This document shows, piece after piece, positions 38,160 to 47,743 of a stretch of 64,000 nucleotides of DNA. The translations under genes and the position numbers were made by a program. Source of the stretch: an uncultured delta proteobacterium. GTDB lineage: Bacteria > Desulfobacterota > Binatia > Binatales > Binataceae. The stretch lies in assembly GCA_963794325.1 (NCBI GenBank), contig CAWCDG010000004.1:1760001-1824000 (forward strand), written 5' to 3'. The notes beneath the pieces were generated by a model. The model saw only the letters and a list, made by a program, of their open reading frames with translations, was not told where the DNA came from and searched no databases. The stretch's first letter is position 1; every line of letters starts with the position of its first letter.

Positions 38160-40907
38160 ATGGGTCGCATTCATCCTGAGATCTACTTTTTCGGTGCGGG
38201 CGTGGCGGAAGGACGCACCGAGATGCGCAATCTGCTGGGCGGCAAGGGCGCGAATCTCGCCGAGATGGCGAGGCTCAAGCTGCCGGTGCCGCCGGGATTC
38301 ACAATCTCGACCAAGGTCTGCAACTACTTTTACGATCACGCGCACAAATATCCGAAGGGGCTGACCGAGGGCGTGGCGAAGAGCGTCGCGCGGGTCGAGA
38401 AGGCGCTCGGGCGCAAGTTCGGCGACGCGACGAATCCGCTGCTGGTGTCGGTGCGATCGGGCGCGCGGGTTTCGATGCCGGGAATGATGGACACGGTGCT
38501 GAATCTCGGGCTCACCGACGAGACGGTAAAGGGGCTCGAGAACATCAGCGGCAATCCGCGCTTTGCGTGGGACTCCTACCGCCGGTTCTGCCAGATGTTC
38601 GGCGACGTGGTGCTCAAGCTCAAGCCGGAGAACAAAAACGATCCGGATCCATTCGAGGAAATTATTGATCACAAAAAGGCGACGCGCGGGGTCAAGAACG
38701 ACACTGACCTGAACGTCGATGATTTGCGAGCCCTGGTCGGTGAGTTCCGCGCGCTGATTCGATCGCGCGTCGGGCGCGACATCCCGCAGGACCCGCGCGA
38801 GCAACTGTGGATGGCGATTGGCGCGGTGTTCGACTCGTGGCATAACGATCGCGCGATCACGTACCGGAAGATAAACAACATCCCCGGCGACTGGGGCACC
38901 GCGGTTACGGTGCAATCGATGGTGTTCGGCAATCTCGGCGACGATTGCGCGACCGGCGTCGCGTTCACGCGCGATCCCGGCACCGGTGAAAAGGGCATCT
39001 ACGGCGAGTATCTGCCCAACGCGCAGGGCGAGGACGTCGTCGCGGGAATTCGCACCGGGCGGCAGATCAGCCTGAAAGCGGGGCGCGAATGGGCCAAGCG
39101 CGCGGGAATCGATGAGGCTGAACGCGCGGCGCAATATCCGACGCTCGAGGAAAGCTTCTCCGACGTTTACAAACAGCTCCTGCAAATCTCTGCGCGGCTG
39201 GAAAAACATTTTCGCGACACGCAGGACATGGAATTTACGATCGAGCGCAATCGCCTGTTCATGCTGCAGACGCGCAACGGCAAGCGAACGGCGCAGGCGG
39301 CGGTGCGAATCGCCGTGGACATGGCCGACGAGAAGCTGATCGATCGCAAGACCGCGTTGAAGCGCGTCGAGCCCGAGCAACTCGAGCAGTTCTTGCATCC
39401 GCGGCTCGATCCGTCGAGCAAAAAACACGTCATCGCGCGCGGGCTGCCGGCGTCGCCCGGTGCGGTCAACGGCGAAGTGGTGTTCTCGGCGGACGAAGCG
39501 GTAGCCGTCGCGGAAGCCGGGCGCAAAGTAATTTTGGTGCGTGTCGAAACCTCGCCCGAGGACATCCACGGGATGCAGGTGGCTGAAGGGATCCTCACGG
39601 CGCGCGGCGGGATGACGAGTCATGCGGCGGTGGTCGCGCGCGGGATGGGCAAGTCGTGCGTGGCCGGAGTGTCGGCGCTGGAAATCGATTATAGCGCGGG
39701 AACGCTCTCAGCCAACGGCGCGGTGATTCGTCGCGGCGAGTACCTGACGCTCGACGGATCGGCGGGCGAGGTGATCGAGGGGCGCGTGCCGACGGTCGAG
39801 CCTGAGATGCCGTCGTACTTCAAAAAATTTCTATCGTGGGCGGATGCGGTGCGGAAACTGGGAGTGCGCGCGAACGCCGACACTCCGGCCGACGCGAAGA
39901 TCGCGCGCGATTTTGGCGCCGAAGGAATCGGGCTGACCCGTACCGAGCACATGTTCTTCGACCCTGAGCGAATCTCGGCAGTACGCGAAATGATCATGGC
40001 GGAGAATGCGCAGCAGCGCGGGCGCGCATTGGCGAAGATCCTGCCGATGCAGCGCGAGGATTTCGTCGGAATCCTGAAAGCGATGGCCGGACTGCCGGTC
40101 ACGATTCGATTGCTCGATCCGCCGCTGCATGAATTTCTACCGCATGAGGACAACGAGATGCGCGAGCTGGCGGCCAAAATCGGCACCACGCTCGAGCATC
40201 TGAAGCAGGTGCGCGCGAGTTTGTTCGAAGTGAATCCCATGTTGGGGCATCGCGGGTCGCGGCTGGGAATCAGCTTCCCCGAGATTTACCAGGCGCAGGC
40301 GCGCGCGATTATCGAGGCGGCGTGCGAGCTGCGCAAGCAGGGAGTCAAGGCGATGCCGGAAATCATGCTGCCGTTGATCGGCGAACGCCGCGAGTTCGAT
40401 ATCCTGGCGGCGCAGATTCGCGAAGTGGCGGACGCGGTGTTCAAAGAACGCGGCATCAAGGTGGCGTACACGATTGGCACGATGATCGAAGTGCCGCGCG
40501 CATGCATTGTCGCGGATCAGATCGGCGAGGTTGCGGAATTCTTTTCATTCGGCACCAACGATCTGACGCAGATGACCTACGGAATCTCGCGCGACGACTC
40601 GGGTAAGTTTTTGCCGGATTACATTCGCACCGGGGTCTATAAGAAAGATCCGTTTGCGGAGCTCGACCCAGTGGGCGTCGGCGAGTTGATGCGAATCGCG
40701 ATCGAGAAGGGACGCAAGGCGAATCGGAAATTGAAGATCGGGATTTGCGGAGAGCATGGCGGCGATCCGGCGAGCGTCAAGCTGTGCCATCGCCTGGGGT
40801 TGGACTACGTATCGTGCTCGCCGTATCGGATTCCGGTGGCGCGGCTCGCGGCGGCGCAGGCGGCGATCGAGGCATCGCAGAAGAAGGTCGCGTTCAAGGA
40901 CGTGTAG
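38160..40907 (+). CDS. ppdK: Pyruvate, phosphate dikinase
   Basis: LLGGKGANLAEM, SVRSGA..SMPGMMDT, GGMTSHAAVVARG, FSFGTNDLTQ, GICGEHGG. Confidence 0.97.
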   Translation: MGRIHPEIYFFGAGVAEGRTEMRNLLGGKGANLAEMARLKLPVPPGFTISTKVCNYFYDHAHKYPKGLTEGVAKSVARVEKALGRKFGDATNPLLVSVRSGARVSMPGMMDTVLNLGLTDETVKGLENISGNPRFAWDSYRRFCQMFGDVVLKLKPENKNDPDPFEEIIDHKKATRGVKNDTDLNVDDLRALVGEFRALIRSRVGRDIPQDPREQLWMAIGAVFDSWHNDRAITYRKINNIPGDWGTAVTVQSMVFGNLGDDCATGVAFTRDPGTGEKGIYGEYLPNAQGEDVVAGIRTGRQISLKAGREWAKRAGIDEAERAAQYPTLEESFSDVYKQLLQISARLEKHFRDTQDMEFTIERNRLFMLQTRNGKRTAQAAVRIAVDMADEKLIDRKTALKRVEPEQLEQFLHPRLDPSSKKHVIARGLPASPGAVNGEVVFSADEAVAVAEAGRKVILVRVETSPEDIHGMQVAEGILTARGGMTSHAAVVARGMGKSCVAGVSALEIDYSAGTLSANGAVIRRGEYLTLDGSAGEVIEGRVPTVEPEMPSYFKKFLSWADAVRKLGVRANADTPADAKIARDFGAEGIGLTRTEHMFFDPERISAVREMIMAENAQQRGRALAKILPMQREDFVGILKAMAGLPVTIRLLDPPLHEFLPHEDNEMRELAAKIGTTLEHLKQVRASLFEVNPMLGHRGSRLGISFPEIYQAQARAIIEAACELRKQGVKAMPEIMLPLIGERREFDILAAQIREVADAVFKERGIKVAYTIGTMIEVPRACIVADQIGEVAEFFSFGTNDLTQMTYGISRDDSGKFLPDYIRTGVYKKDPFAELDPVGVGELMRIAIEKGRKANRKLKIGICGEHGGDPASVKLCHRLGLDYVSCSPYRIPVARLAAAQAAIEASQKKVAFKDV

Positions 40908-40958
40908 GGCGCAGGCGGCGGCCCAGCCTTCAACGGAAACGCGCGCGGACGCGCGCGT

Positions 40959-41070
40959 ATCCTTCGCTGCGCTCAGGAGGATCAGAAGAAGGAGTGTTCT
41001 GGCATCTCGAACCTCCGATGACACGAGCGGAAGAGACCCCCAGTAACCCCTCCCATTGGTAGGAGAGGGG
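40959..41070. repeat. Degenerate family C half (40959-40978) and family B-like hairpin (41047-41070) between convergent genes
   Basis: ATCCTTCGCTGCGCTCAGGA; CCCCTCCCATTGGTAGGAGAGGGG. Confidence 0.55.
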
Positions 41071-41097
41071 AACGAAGGTCAGGAAAGCGGAGATCTT

Positions 41098-42006
41098 TTA
41101 CGCGAAGTAATCTTCGGCGCGGATGGCGGGGATGTCCAGCTGGTAGACGCGGTTGTTGCGCAGGACTTTGAGATTGACGTTTTCGCCGGGGCGATGGTTG
41201 CCGAGAGCTTCGTAGAGGACGCGACGGTCGTTGATGTCGGTGTCGTCGATCGAGATGACCAGGTCGCCCTGCTGAAGGCCGGCTTTTTCGCCGGGACCTC
41301 CGGGCATCACGCCCGCAATTACGACGTGCTCGCGCAGCGTGTACGAGAGGACGCCGAGCCATGCGCGCGGTGCGGCGGTGGTGCGACCGCCGTGTTTGAT
41401 CAGTTCGTCGCGGACATTTAGGAAGCTCTCGCCCGGCACGCCGAGAATCGCGCGGCTCAGATCCGCGAAGTTCAGATACGAGATGCCCACCACTTGCGAC
41501 TGGAGATTGCAGATCGGGCCGCCGCTCATCCCGATGTTCAGCGACGAGGCGGTGACGCTGACGCATTTGTCGAGCATGAATTCCCAGACCGCGTCGAACG
41601 GGCCGAGGTAAGTGATGATGCCGCAATCGGCGCATCGCTTTTCGCCGCCGAGACTCGAGACGGTGAACGCCTCCTGCCCGACGACGCATTTCTCCGACGA
41701 CACGACCTCGACATGCGAGAGCTTCTTGCGATCGATTTTCAGCAAGCCGATGCCGGTGCTGTAATCCTTGCCGACGATTTTCGCTTCGAGCTGATCGCCG
41801 CCGGGCATCGTCACGATCACGTTTTTCGCGCCGAGCAGCAGGTAATGAACAGTGAGGATCAGGCCGTCGGGGCTCACGATGGTGCCGGTGCCACGGCGGT
41901 CGGTGCCGAGGCCGATGGCGGTCGAAACGTGGGTGGACGGGATATGCGAATGCACGCCGACGGTGGCGCGCAGAACTTTTTCGAGCAGGAATGGAGGTGC
42001 GTTCAC
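41098..42006 (-). CDS. S1C (HtrA-like) trypsin domain plus PDZ protein, atypical triad
   Basis: GTGTIVSPDGLILT, GMSGGP, PDZ RAWLGV..GGPGEKAGLQQGD; start uncertain (42006 or 42054). Confidence 0.82.
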   Translation of the reverse strand: MNAPPFLLEKVLRATVGVHSHIPSTHVSTAIGLGTDRRGTGTIVSPDGLILTVHYLLLGAKNVIVTMPGGDQLEAKIVGKDYSTGIGLLKIDRKKLSHVEVVSSEKCVVGQEAFTVSSLGGEKRCADCGIITYLGPFDAVWEFMLDKCVSVTASSLNIGMSGGPICNLQSQVVGISYLNFADLSRAILGVPGESFLNVRDELIKHGGRTTAAPRAWLGVLSYTLREHVVIAGVMPGGPGEKAGLQQGDLVISIDDTDINDRRVLYEALGNHRPGENVNLKVLRNNRVYQLDIPAIRAEDYFA

Positions 42007-42070
42007 GGCCGATATCCTGCGAATTAGGCTAGGACCGCGCACTCGCGGTTTCAAGCGCGATTGTCAGAAG

Positions 42071-42102
42071 AAAAAAAGAGGCGGCCCTTGCGAGGCCGCC
42101 TC
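42071..42102 (-). terminator. Intrinsic terminator
   Basis: GAGGCGGCCT-CGCA-AGGGCCGCCTC then T7 on the minus strand, just after the stop at 42126. Confidence 0.85.
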
Positions 42103-42125
42103 AGATGATTAACGTCGAAAGATTT

Positions 42126-42539
42126 TTACTTCGAGCTCTTCACCGGAGCACTGGGCATCGCAGTTTCGTTCGCGCGGATCGAAAGCGTCTGCAGCGCCTC
42201 GCCGAGATCGAGCTCGCTGTACTTCTGATTCGAGTACAAATCGTCGAGCCGCTTGACGGCCTGGTTCGCACTCACGTCGCCCATCGAGAGCTGTGCCGAG
42301 AGCTGGTGGATAATCCGGCGGGCGCCTTTCCAATGAAACAGGTCGGCGGCCGAATTAAGGACGTCGAGCTTGCCGACGCTGACGCGCATCGCGTCGGAAT
42401 AGCCATTGACGTAACCGTCTTTGGCGGTGGAGTTGAGACGGTTCCAGAAACTGCCATTGTGGCTGACGTTGGACGACGCAAAGGCAACTGCCCAACTGGC
42501 CACAAAGCCTAGCATCACGCCGGCGGCGAATTTCTTCAT
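42126..42539 (-). CDS. Hypothetical secreted protein
   Basis: Signal peptide MKKFAAGVMLG..AFA; own terminator. Confidence 0.75.
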   Translation of the reverse strand: MKKFAAGVMLGFVASWAVAFASSNVSHNGSFWNRLNSTAKDGYVNGYSDAMRVSVGKLDVLNSAADLFHWKGARRIIHQLSAQLSMGDVSANQAVKRLDDLYSNQKYSELDLGEALQTLSIRANETAMPSAPVKSSK

Positions 42540-42867
42540 TTCGCGATGATTCTCCCGAATCGGATAGCAACCCGTTTAGCAAAATTACGCATGTGTCGCA
42601 AAATCGTTACATCCCAAATTGGGTGGAATAGGCCGATAACGCTTAAGTAATATCGTTGTAACCTGTTGAAAACCCCGCTTACCCGGCCATATTGCCGCTG
42701 CCGAGGCCTACCCGCCACCCACAACACCGCGAAGTCTAGAACATTTCCAGAGCAAGGTAAATATGACCGATTAGCGTCCAAAAAGGTGCTTTCGGATACC
42801 AACAGGATTGAACGAGCGCGCCGCGCGGTGCCATGATCTTGCCGTCCCGGCCCGTGGCGCGAATCCC

Positions 42868-43971
42868 ATGTCCATCTATGAGCAGGTCCTCACGTTTATC
42901 CACAGGCCGGAGCCTGAATCGTTCCAGCGGATCGCGCTCGACGTTTTCCGTCATCAATTCGAAACAATCGCGGCGTACCGGCGGTACTGCGGGGCGCGCG
43001 GGGTCGAGCCCGGCGCGGTGCGCAGCGTTGACGATGTCCCGGCGGTCAGCAATGTCGCGTTCAAGTATGCCGACCTTGCGATTGAAGGCGCCGCGCTCTC
43101 GTCTGGTGCGGCGGTTTTTCTCACCAGCGGGACTATGCAGGGGCGCGAGCGGCGCGGACGTCATATCGTTGCGCGGCCTGAGATTTATCGCGCGTCGGCG
43201 ATCGCTCATCTGCGGACGATGCTATTCACCGACGCACGCCGAACAGCGATGCTCGCGATACATCCGACGGCTGAGGTGATGCCGGAGTCGTCGCTGTCGG
43301 CGATGATCAGCTGGAGTATCGAGGAGTTCGGGAGCGGCAGGACACTTGCGGCGGCGTCGCGCGACAAGGTCGACATTGCGGCGGCGATCGCGTTTCTTCG
43401 CGAGTGCGAGGCGCTGCGCGAGCCCGTTAGTATCATGGGGACGACGGCGGCGTTCGCGGCACTGTTCCCCGCGCTGGGCAGCACTGGCGTGAAAGTTCGG
43501 CTCGCCGCGGGTTCGCGAATGATGGACACCGGCGGGGCAAAAGGGCAGGCCGCCCCGATGCAAGCGTCGGAGGTGATCGCGCGGGCGAGAAAGATGCTCG
43601 CGATCGCGCCTGCGATGGTGATTAACGAATACGGGATGACGGAATTGTGCTCGCAGCTCTACGATGCGACGTCGTTCAACTGCGCAGGCGTGTCGGATGT
43701 GCAGGAGCGATTCAAAATTCCGCCGCCGTGGATGCGGGTGACGGCGCGCGACCCGGTTACGCTGCGGCCGATGCCGGACGGGGAAATCGGAATGCTCACG
43801 TTTTTCGATCTCGCTAACGTCGGATCGGTGTCGGCAGTCATGACTGAGGACCTTGGATTCGTCGAGCGCGGACGGGTGCGCGTGCTTGGCAGGGCGGCAG
43901 GCGGAGAGGCGCGCGGCTGCGCGCTGCGGATCGGGCAATTCTCGGAGACCGAAGCAGAGAATTTGCGATGA
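42868..43971 (+). CDS. LuxE-like acyl-protein synthetase
   Basis: ALDVFRHQ, FLTSGT, MDTGGAKG, NEYGMTELCSQLY, DLANVGSVSAVMTEDLG, GRA..EARGC. Confidence 0.85.
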   Translation: MSIYEQVLTFIHRPEPESFQRIALDVFRHQFETIAAYRRYCGARGVEPGAVRSVDDVPAVSNVAFKYADLAIEGAALSSGAAVFLTSGTMQGRERRGRHIVARPEIYRASAIAHLRTMLFTDARRTAMLAIHPTAEVMPESSLSAMISWSIEEFGSGRTLAAASRDKVDIAAAIAFLRECEALREPVSIMGTTAAFAALFPALGSTGVKVRLAAGSRMMDTGGAKGQAAPMQASEVIARARKMLAIAPAMVINEYGMTELCSQLYDATSFNCAGVSDVQERFKIPPPWMRVTARDPVTLRPMPDGEIGMLTFFDLANVGSVSAVMTEDLGFVERGRVRVLGRAAGGEARGCALRIGQFSETEAENLR

Positions 43972-45188
43972 GCGCGACGCTGGCGTCCAGAGCGAGACGC
44001 ATACTGAGGTCGGAGAGTGTCGATCGAATGAGCGACGCGCTGGCGCGGGCGTTCGAGCTCTGGCGCGACCGCAATTATGCACGCCGGCGCGACGCGATCG
44101 CGTCAATCGCGCGTTCGGCGGGATATTCGGTAGCGCTGCTCGAGAACTCGATCGACGCGCTGCTGAAGCCGTTCACCAGCGACGCGCTGAAGTTGATGGC
44201 GGGCACGGCGGCCCGCCCCACTTCTGACAGGCCAAAGACGATTGGATTCATCGCCGCGGGCAACGTGGCGGGCGCGGGAATCCATGAGATTGCGATCGCT
44301 CTGATCGCGGGCGCGAGGGTTCTAATCAAAACCGCGTCGGCGGAGCCGATATTTTTTGCGGAGTTTGCGCGCACGCTGGCGGAAGTCGATCGCGACGCCG
44401 GCGCACGCATCGAGGTAAGTCACTGGGGCCGCGAGCGCGCCGACCTCACCGCGTCATTGCTCGAGAAGTGCGAGCTGGTGATTGCGTTCGGCGACGACGC
44501 GACAATCGAGTCGCTCCACCGGCGCAATGTGATTGGATTCGGCAGCCGGGTGAGTGGCGCGCTGATCGCGCCCGATCGAATCGATTCGTCGCGACTCGAC
44601 GAGATTGCCGACTTGCTCGCGCGCGATGTCGCATTGTTCGAGCAGCTCGGATGCCTGTCGCTCCATCAGGTGTTCGTGATGAGTTCCGAAGGTCGTGCGA
44701 TGGCGGGCACGGCGGCCCGCCCCACTGATACGGCGCGGGAACTGGCGCTTCGGATGTCGATTGGGCTCGAACGGCTCAGCGAGTCGATGCCGCCGGCGCG
44801 CATCCCGATCCATGACGCCGCGGCAATCCGCGGAGTGCGGGAGCGCGCGCGCTGGCGCGCGATCGCGGGCGAGCCGGTCGAGCTGCTCGAAAGTCGCGGG
44901 CTTGGCTGGACGGTAATTTTCGAGCAGCGGCCGGATTCATTCAAAGTCTCGCCGGGATTCAGGACTGTGCAAGTAACCGCGGTACGCGATCTCGCGGAGT
45001 TTCGCGAATGCGTCGCGCCGGTGTCGGGACGGATCGAAGCGATGGCGGTGGTCGGCGACGATTGCGAAATCGAAGCGCGCGCGATGGGGATACCGTACGT
45101 TTGCGCGCCCGGCGAGATGCAATCGCCGCCGCTCGATTGGCGCCACGGTGGCGGCGGTTTTCTCGACATTATGATGGGATCGCGATGA
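43968..45188 (+). CDS. LuxC-like acyl-CoA/acyl-protein reductase
   Basis: FIAAGNV, VIAFGDDATI, GFGSRVS, DVALFEQLGCLS, PGEMQSPPLDWRHGG. Confidence 0.82.
   Translation: MSATLASRARRILRSESVDRMSDALARAFELWRDRNYARRRDAIASIARSAGYSVALLENSIDALLKPFTSDALKLMAGTAARPTSDRPKTIGFIAAGNVAGAGIHEIAIALIAGARVLIKTASAEPIFFAEFARTLAEVDRDAGARIEVSHWGRERADLTASLLEKCELVIAFGDDATIESLHRRNVIGFGSRVSGALIAPDRIDSSRLDEIADLLARDVALFEQLGCLSLHQVFVMSSEGRAMAGTAARPTDTARELALRMSIGLERLSESMPPARIPIHDAAAIRGVRERARWRAIAGEPVELLESRGLGWTVIFEQRPDSFKVSPGFRTVQVTAVRDLAEFRECVAPVSGRIEAMAVVGDDCEIEARAMGIPYVCAPGEMQSPPLDWRHGGGGFLDIMMGSR
44195..44222 (-). repeat. Family D REP-like palindrome in frame inside the LuxC-like CDS, copy 1
   Basis: GATGGCGGGCACGGCGGCCCGCCCCACT; its last 27 nt encode MAGTAARPT. 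Confidence 0.85.
44699..44726 (-). repeat. Family D REP-like palindrome in frame inside the LuxC-like CDS, copy 2
   Basis: Identical 28-mer to 44195-44222. Confidence 0.85.
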
Positions 45189-46384
45189 GCGAACTCGGGG
45201 ATTTCTTTCGGCGAAACCTGGCGCAGACGTCGGACGCGCCTATCGGATTGGAGATTTCGCACGCCGAGGGTTCGTGGCTGATCGCGTCGGATGGACGGCG
45301 CTATCTCGATTTCATCGCGGGCATCGGAGTGTCCGCGCTTGGCCATGGAAATCCCGAAGTGCTCGAGGCGATCGCGGCGCAGGCGCAACGCCATCTGCAT
45401 GTGATGGTGTACGGCGAGTACGTGATCGAGAGCCAGGTAATGCTGGCGCGGCGGCTGGTCGAGCTACTGCCGCGGCCGCTCGAATGCGTGTATTTCACCA
45501 ACAGTGGCGCGGAGGCGATCGAATGCGCGATGAAAGTGGCGCGCAAGTTTACCGGTCGCGCGGGTTTCGTCGCATTCGACGGTGCGTATCACGGTGACAC
45601 GATGGGCGCGCTGGCGCTGTGCGGGAATCCCGCGATGCGCGAGCCGTTCGGCGCGTTGCCGGGACCGGTGACGCATCTACCGTTCGACGATATTGCCGCG
45701 CTCGATAAAATCGATTCGACCATCGCGGCGGTGTTCGTCGAGCCGGTGCAGGCTGAGGGCGGCGTGCGTATTCCCGAGATTGGTTTCATCCGCGCACTGC
45801 GCGAATGCTGCGATCGCACGGGCGCGATGCTTGTCTTCGACGAGGTTCTGACCGGCTTCGGACGCACCGGCAAAATGTTCGCGCTCGAACAATTCGGCGT
45901 CGTCCCCGACATCCTCGTGATGGCCAAAGCGCTCGGCGGCGGATTGCCGCTTGGCGCGCTATGCAGCCGCAACGAGGTTCTTGGCACGCTCTCGCACGAT
46001 CCGCCGCTCGGACACATCACTACGTTTGGCGGGCATCCGCTCTCGTGCGCAGCCGGATTGGCCAGTCTGAACGTAATCGTGCGCGAGCGATTATGGGAGC
46101 GCGGCGCGACGATTGGCCAGGACATCGTACGACGCCTGTTGGCAATGCACGCGCCGGAAATAGCATCGGTGCGCGGGCTTGGTATGCTGGTGGGTATCGA
46201 GTTTCGCGACGCGGCGCTGGCGCATCGATTTGTCGCAGAAACTGTGGCGCGAGGGGTGATCGTAAACTGGACGCTCAATGCTGACAAGGTTGTCCGGCTT
46301 GCGCCGGTATTGACGATCACGCCGGACGAGATCGATTTTGCGTTCAGTGCAATGACCAAAGCGCTTGATGAAATCCGGCGCTGA
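45185..46384 (+). CDS. Class III PLP aminotransferase
   Basis: YLDFIAGIGV, FTNSGAEA, YHGDT, EPVQAEGG, DEVLTGFGRTG, PDILVMAKALGGG. Confidence 0.92.
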   Translation: MSELGDFFRRNLAQTSDAPIGLEISHAEGSWLIASDGRRYLDFIAGIGVSALGHGNPEVLEAIAAQAQRHLHVMVYGEYVIESQVMLARRLVELLPRPLECVYFTNSGAEAIECAMKVARKFTGRAGFVAFDGAYHGDTMGALALCGNPAMREPFGALPGPVTHLPFDDIAALDKIDSTIAAVFVEPVQAEGGVRIPEIGFIRALRECCDRTGAMLVFDEVLTGFGRTGKMFALEQFGVVPDILVMAKALGGGLPLGALCSRNEVLGTLSHDPPLGHITTFGGHPLSCAAGLASLNVIVRERLWERGATIGQDIVRRLLAMHAPEIASVRGLGMLVGIEFRDAALAHRFVAETVARGVIVNWTLNADKVVRLAPVLTITPDEIDFAFSAMTKALDEIRR

Positions 46385-46432
46385 AGTCACCATGAGAGTT
46401 AGGGGGCCGCTGAAAGAAAACGGGGAGCCTGA

Positions 46433-47743
46433 TTGGCGGAGATCAGCAAATACAACGGCTCATCCGGGCTGACGAATTCGGGGGTCGGCCCCGCCAAACG
46501 CCAGTTCATCTGGACCGACGACGACGAGGAGTCGCTGCGAGTCCTGAAGCTCGCCGGCGCGCTCGGAATCTTCATGCTGCTGGCGTACCTTGCGTACGAC
46601 CAGCGAGTCCTCGGACGCCAAGCGCCGGGCAACGGCCCGCACTGGTTCATCCTTGCGGCGACCTGTTTGCTTTTCGGTCTGTCGTGGACGCATGCGTTCA
46701 GGCGCCGCTGGAAATTATGGATTCTGCTTTACAACCTGCTGCTGATAGCGACGCTCATCCTGATCAGCCGGAGCACCGGAGATCCCGAGTCGCGCTTCAT
46801 CGCGATCATGTTGTGTCCGCTGGCCACTGCTTCGTTCGTCAGCTGGGGAACGCGATGGCAATTTGCGATGGCTCTGACGGCGCTGCTGGGCTATGGGGCG
46901 GGCGAATATCTGGTGCCGATCGAATCGCCATATCGCGTGTACCGCTGGATGGGCCTGGTCGCGGCGCTGATCTTCGCGCAGTACACGGCGATCTTTATCG
47001 ATCGATACCGCAAGCGTCTGAGAAAGCAGGTCGAGGACCTCGAGGAAGCGGCGCGGTTTCGGCAGACACAAATCGCGACGATGGCGCATGACATCCGCAG
47101 TCCAGTCGCGGCCCTGAGCGGCTACGTCAGCTTGCTTGAGGACTCGGATACGGACGCAAAGGAGCGCACTGATCTGCTGGGGCGGATTGGCTCGACGGCC
47201 TGGAACATGGACCTGGTAGTCAGCAACGTGCTGGACTACTACGAGGCGCAGGATGACGACCTCGTCGCGGCGCCGGTCGAACTTGATCCGAATCAACTGG
47301 TCAGCGAGGTTGCGGAAGAGTGCGCTCTGCAGGCGCGGCGCCGGCGGCTGAACTTGCGCGTCGAGCTCACGCGGCTGCCGGCGTGCAAACTCGATCGCCG
47401 CCATTTTCAGCGAATAGTAAGAAATATGATCGCATATGCGCTCGGAAGGACGGCGACCGGAGAGGTCACGCTGCGGGCCGGCGTCCGAAACGACATGATC
47501 GCGATCGAAGTAACCGATAGCGGCCCGACTCTTTCCCAGGAGCAACTCGACGCACTGTTTGAGCGCCCCAATCGAAACGGAGATCGCAGCGCCGCGCGCG
47601 GACTTGGACTGTATATCGCGCAAGCGATGGCGAAGGCATCGGGAGGACGGACCGGGGCGCGGTTCGCGGACGGCCGGCGCGGGCTGACTCTGGTCGCGGA
47701 ATTCCCGCTTGAAGAGCAACCAGCGAAAGCGCGCACGCCGTGA
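46433..47743 (+). CDS. Membrane sensor histidine kinase with a degenerate ATPase domain
   Basis: About 5-6 TM segments, AHDIRSP H-box, NMIAYA, DSGPT, GLGL. Confidence 0.8.
   Translation: MAEISKYNGSSGLTNSGVGPAKRQFIWTDDDEESLRVLKLAGALGIFMLLAYLAYDQRVLGRQAPGNGPHWFILAATCLLFGLSWTHAFRRRWKLWILLYNLLLIATLILISRSTGDPESRFIAIMLCPLATASFVSWGTRWQFAMALTALLGYGAGEYLVPIESPYRVYRWMGLVAALIFAQYTAIFIDRYRKRLRKQVEDLEEAARFRQTQIATMAHDIRSPVAALSGYVSLLEDSDTDAKERTDLLGRIGSTAWNMDLVVSNVLDYYEAQDDDLVAAPVELDPNQLVSEVAEECALQARRRRLNLRVELTRLPACKLDRRHFQRIVRNMIAYALGRTATGEVTLRAGVRNDMIAIEVTDSGPTLSQEQLDALFERPNRNGDRSAARGLGLYIAQAMAKASGGRTGARFADGRRGLTLVAEFPLEEQPAKARTP

Noticed and set aside
37986-39623. Long antisense ORFs (545 aa opposite ppdK; also 3047-4141, 50783-52021, 52717-54129)
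   Set aside because: Typical stop-poor shadow frames of high-GC genes with no recognisable motifs.
42868-45188. Bioluminescence (lux) operon
   Set aside because: No luxA, luxB, luxD or luxG; LuxC/LuxE homologues occur widely in non-luminous bacteria.
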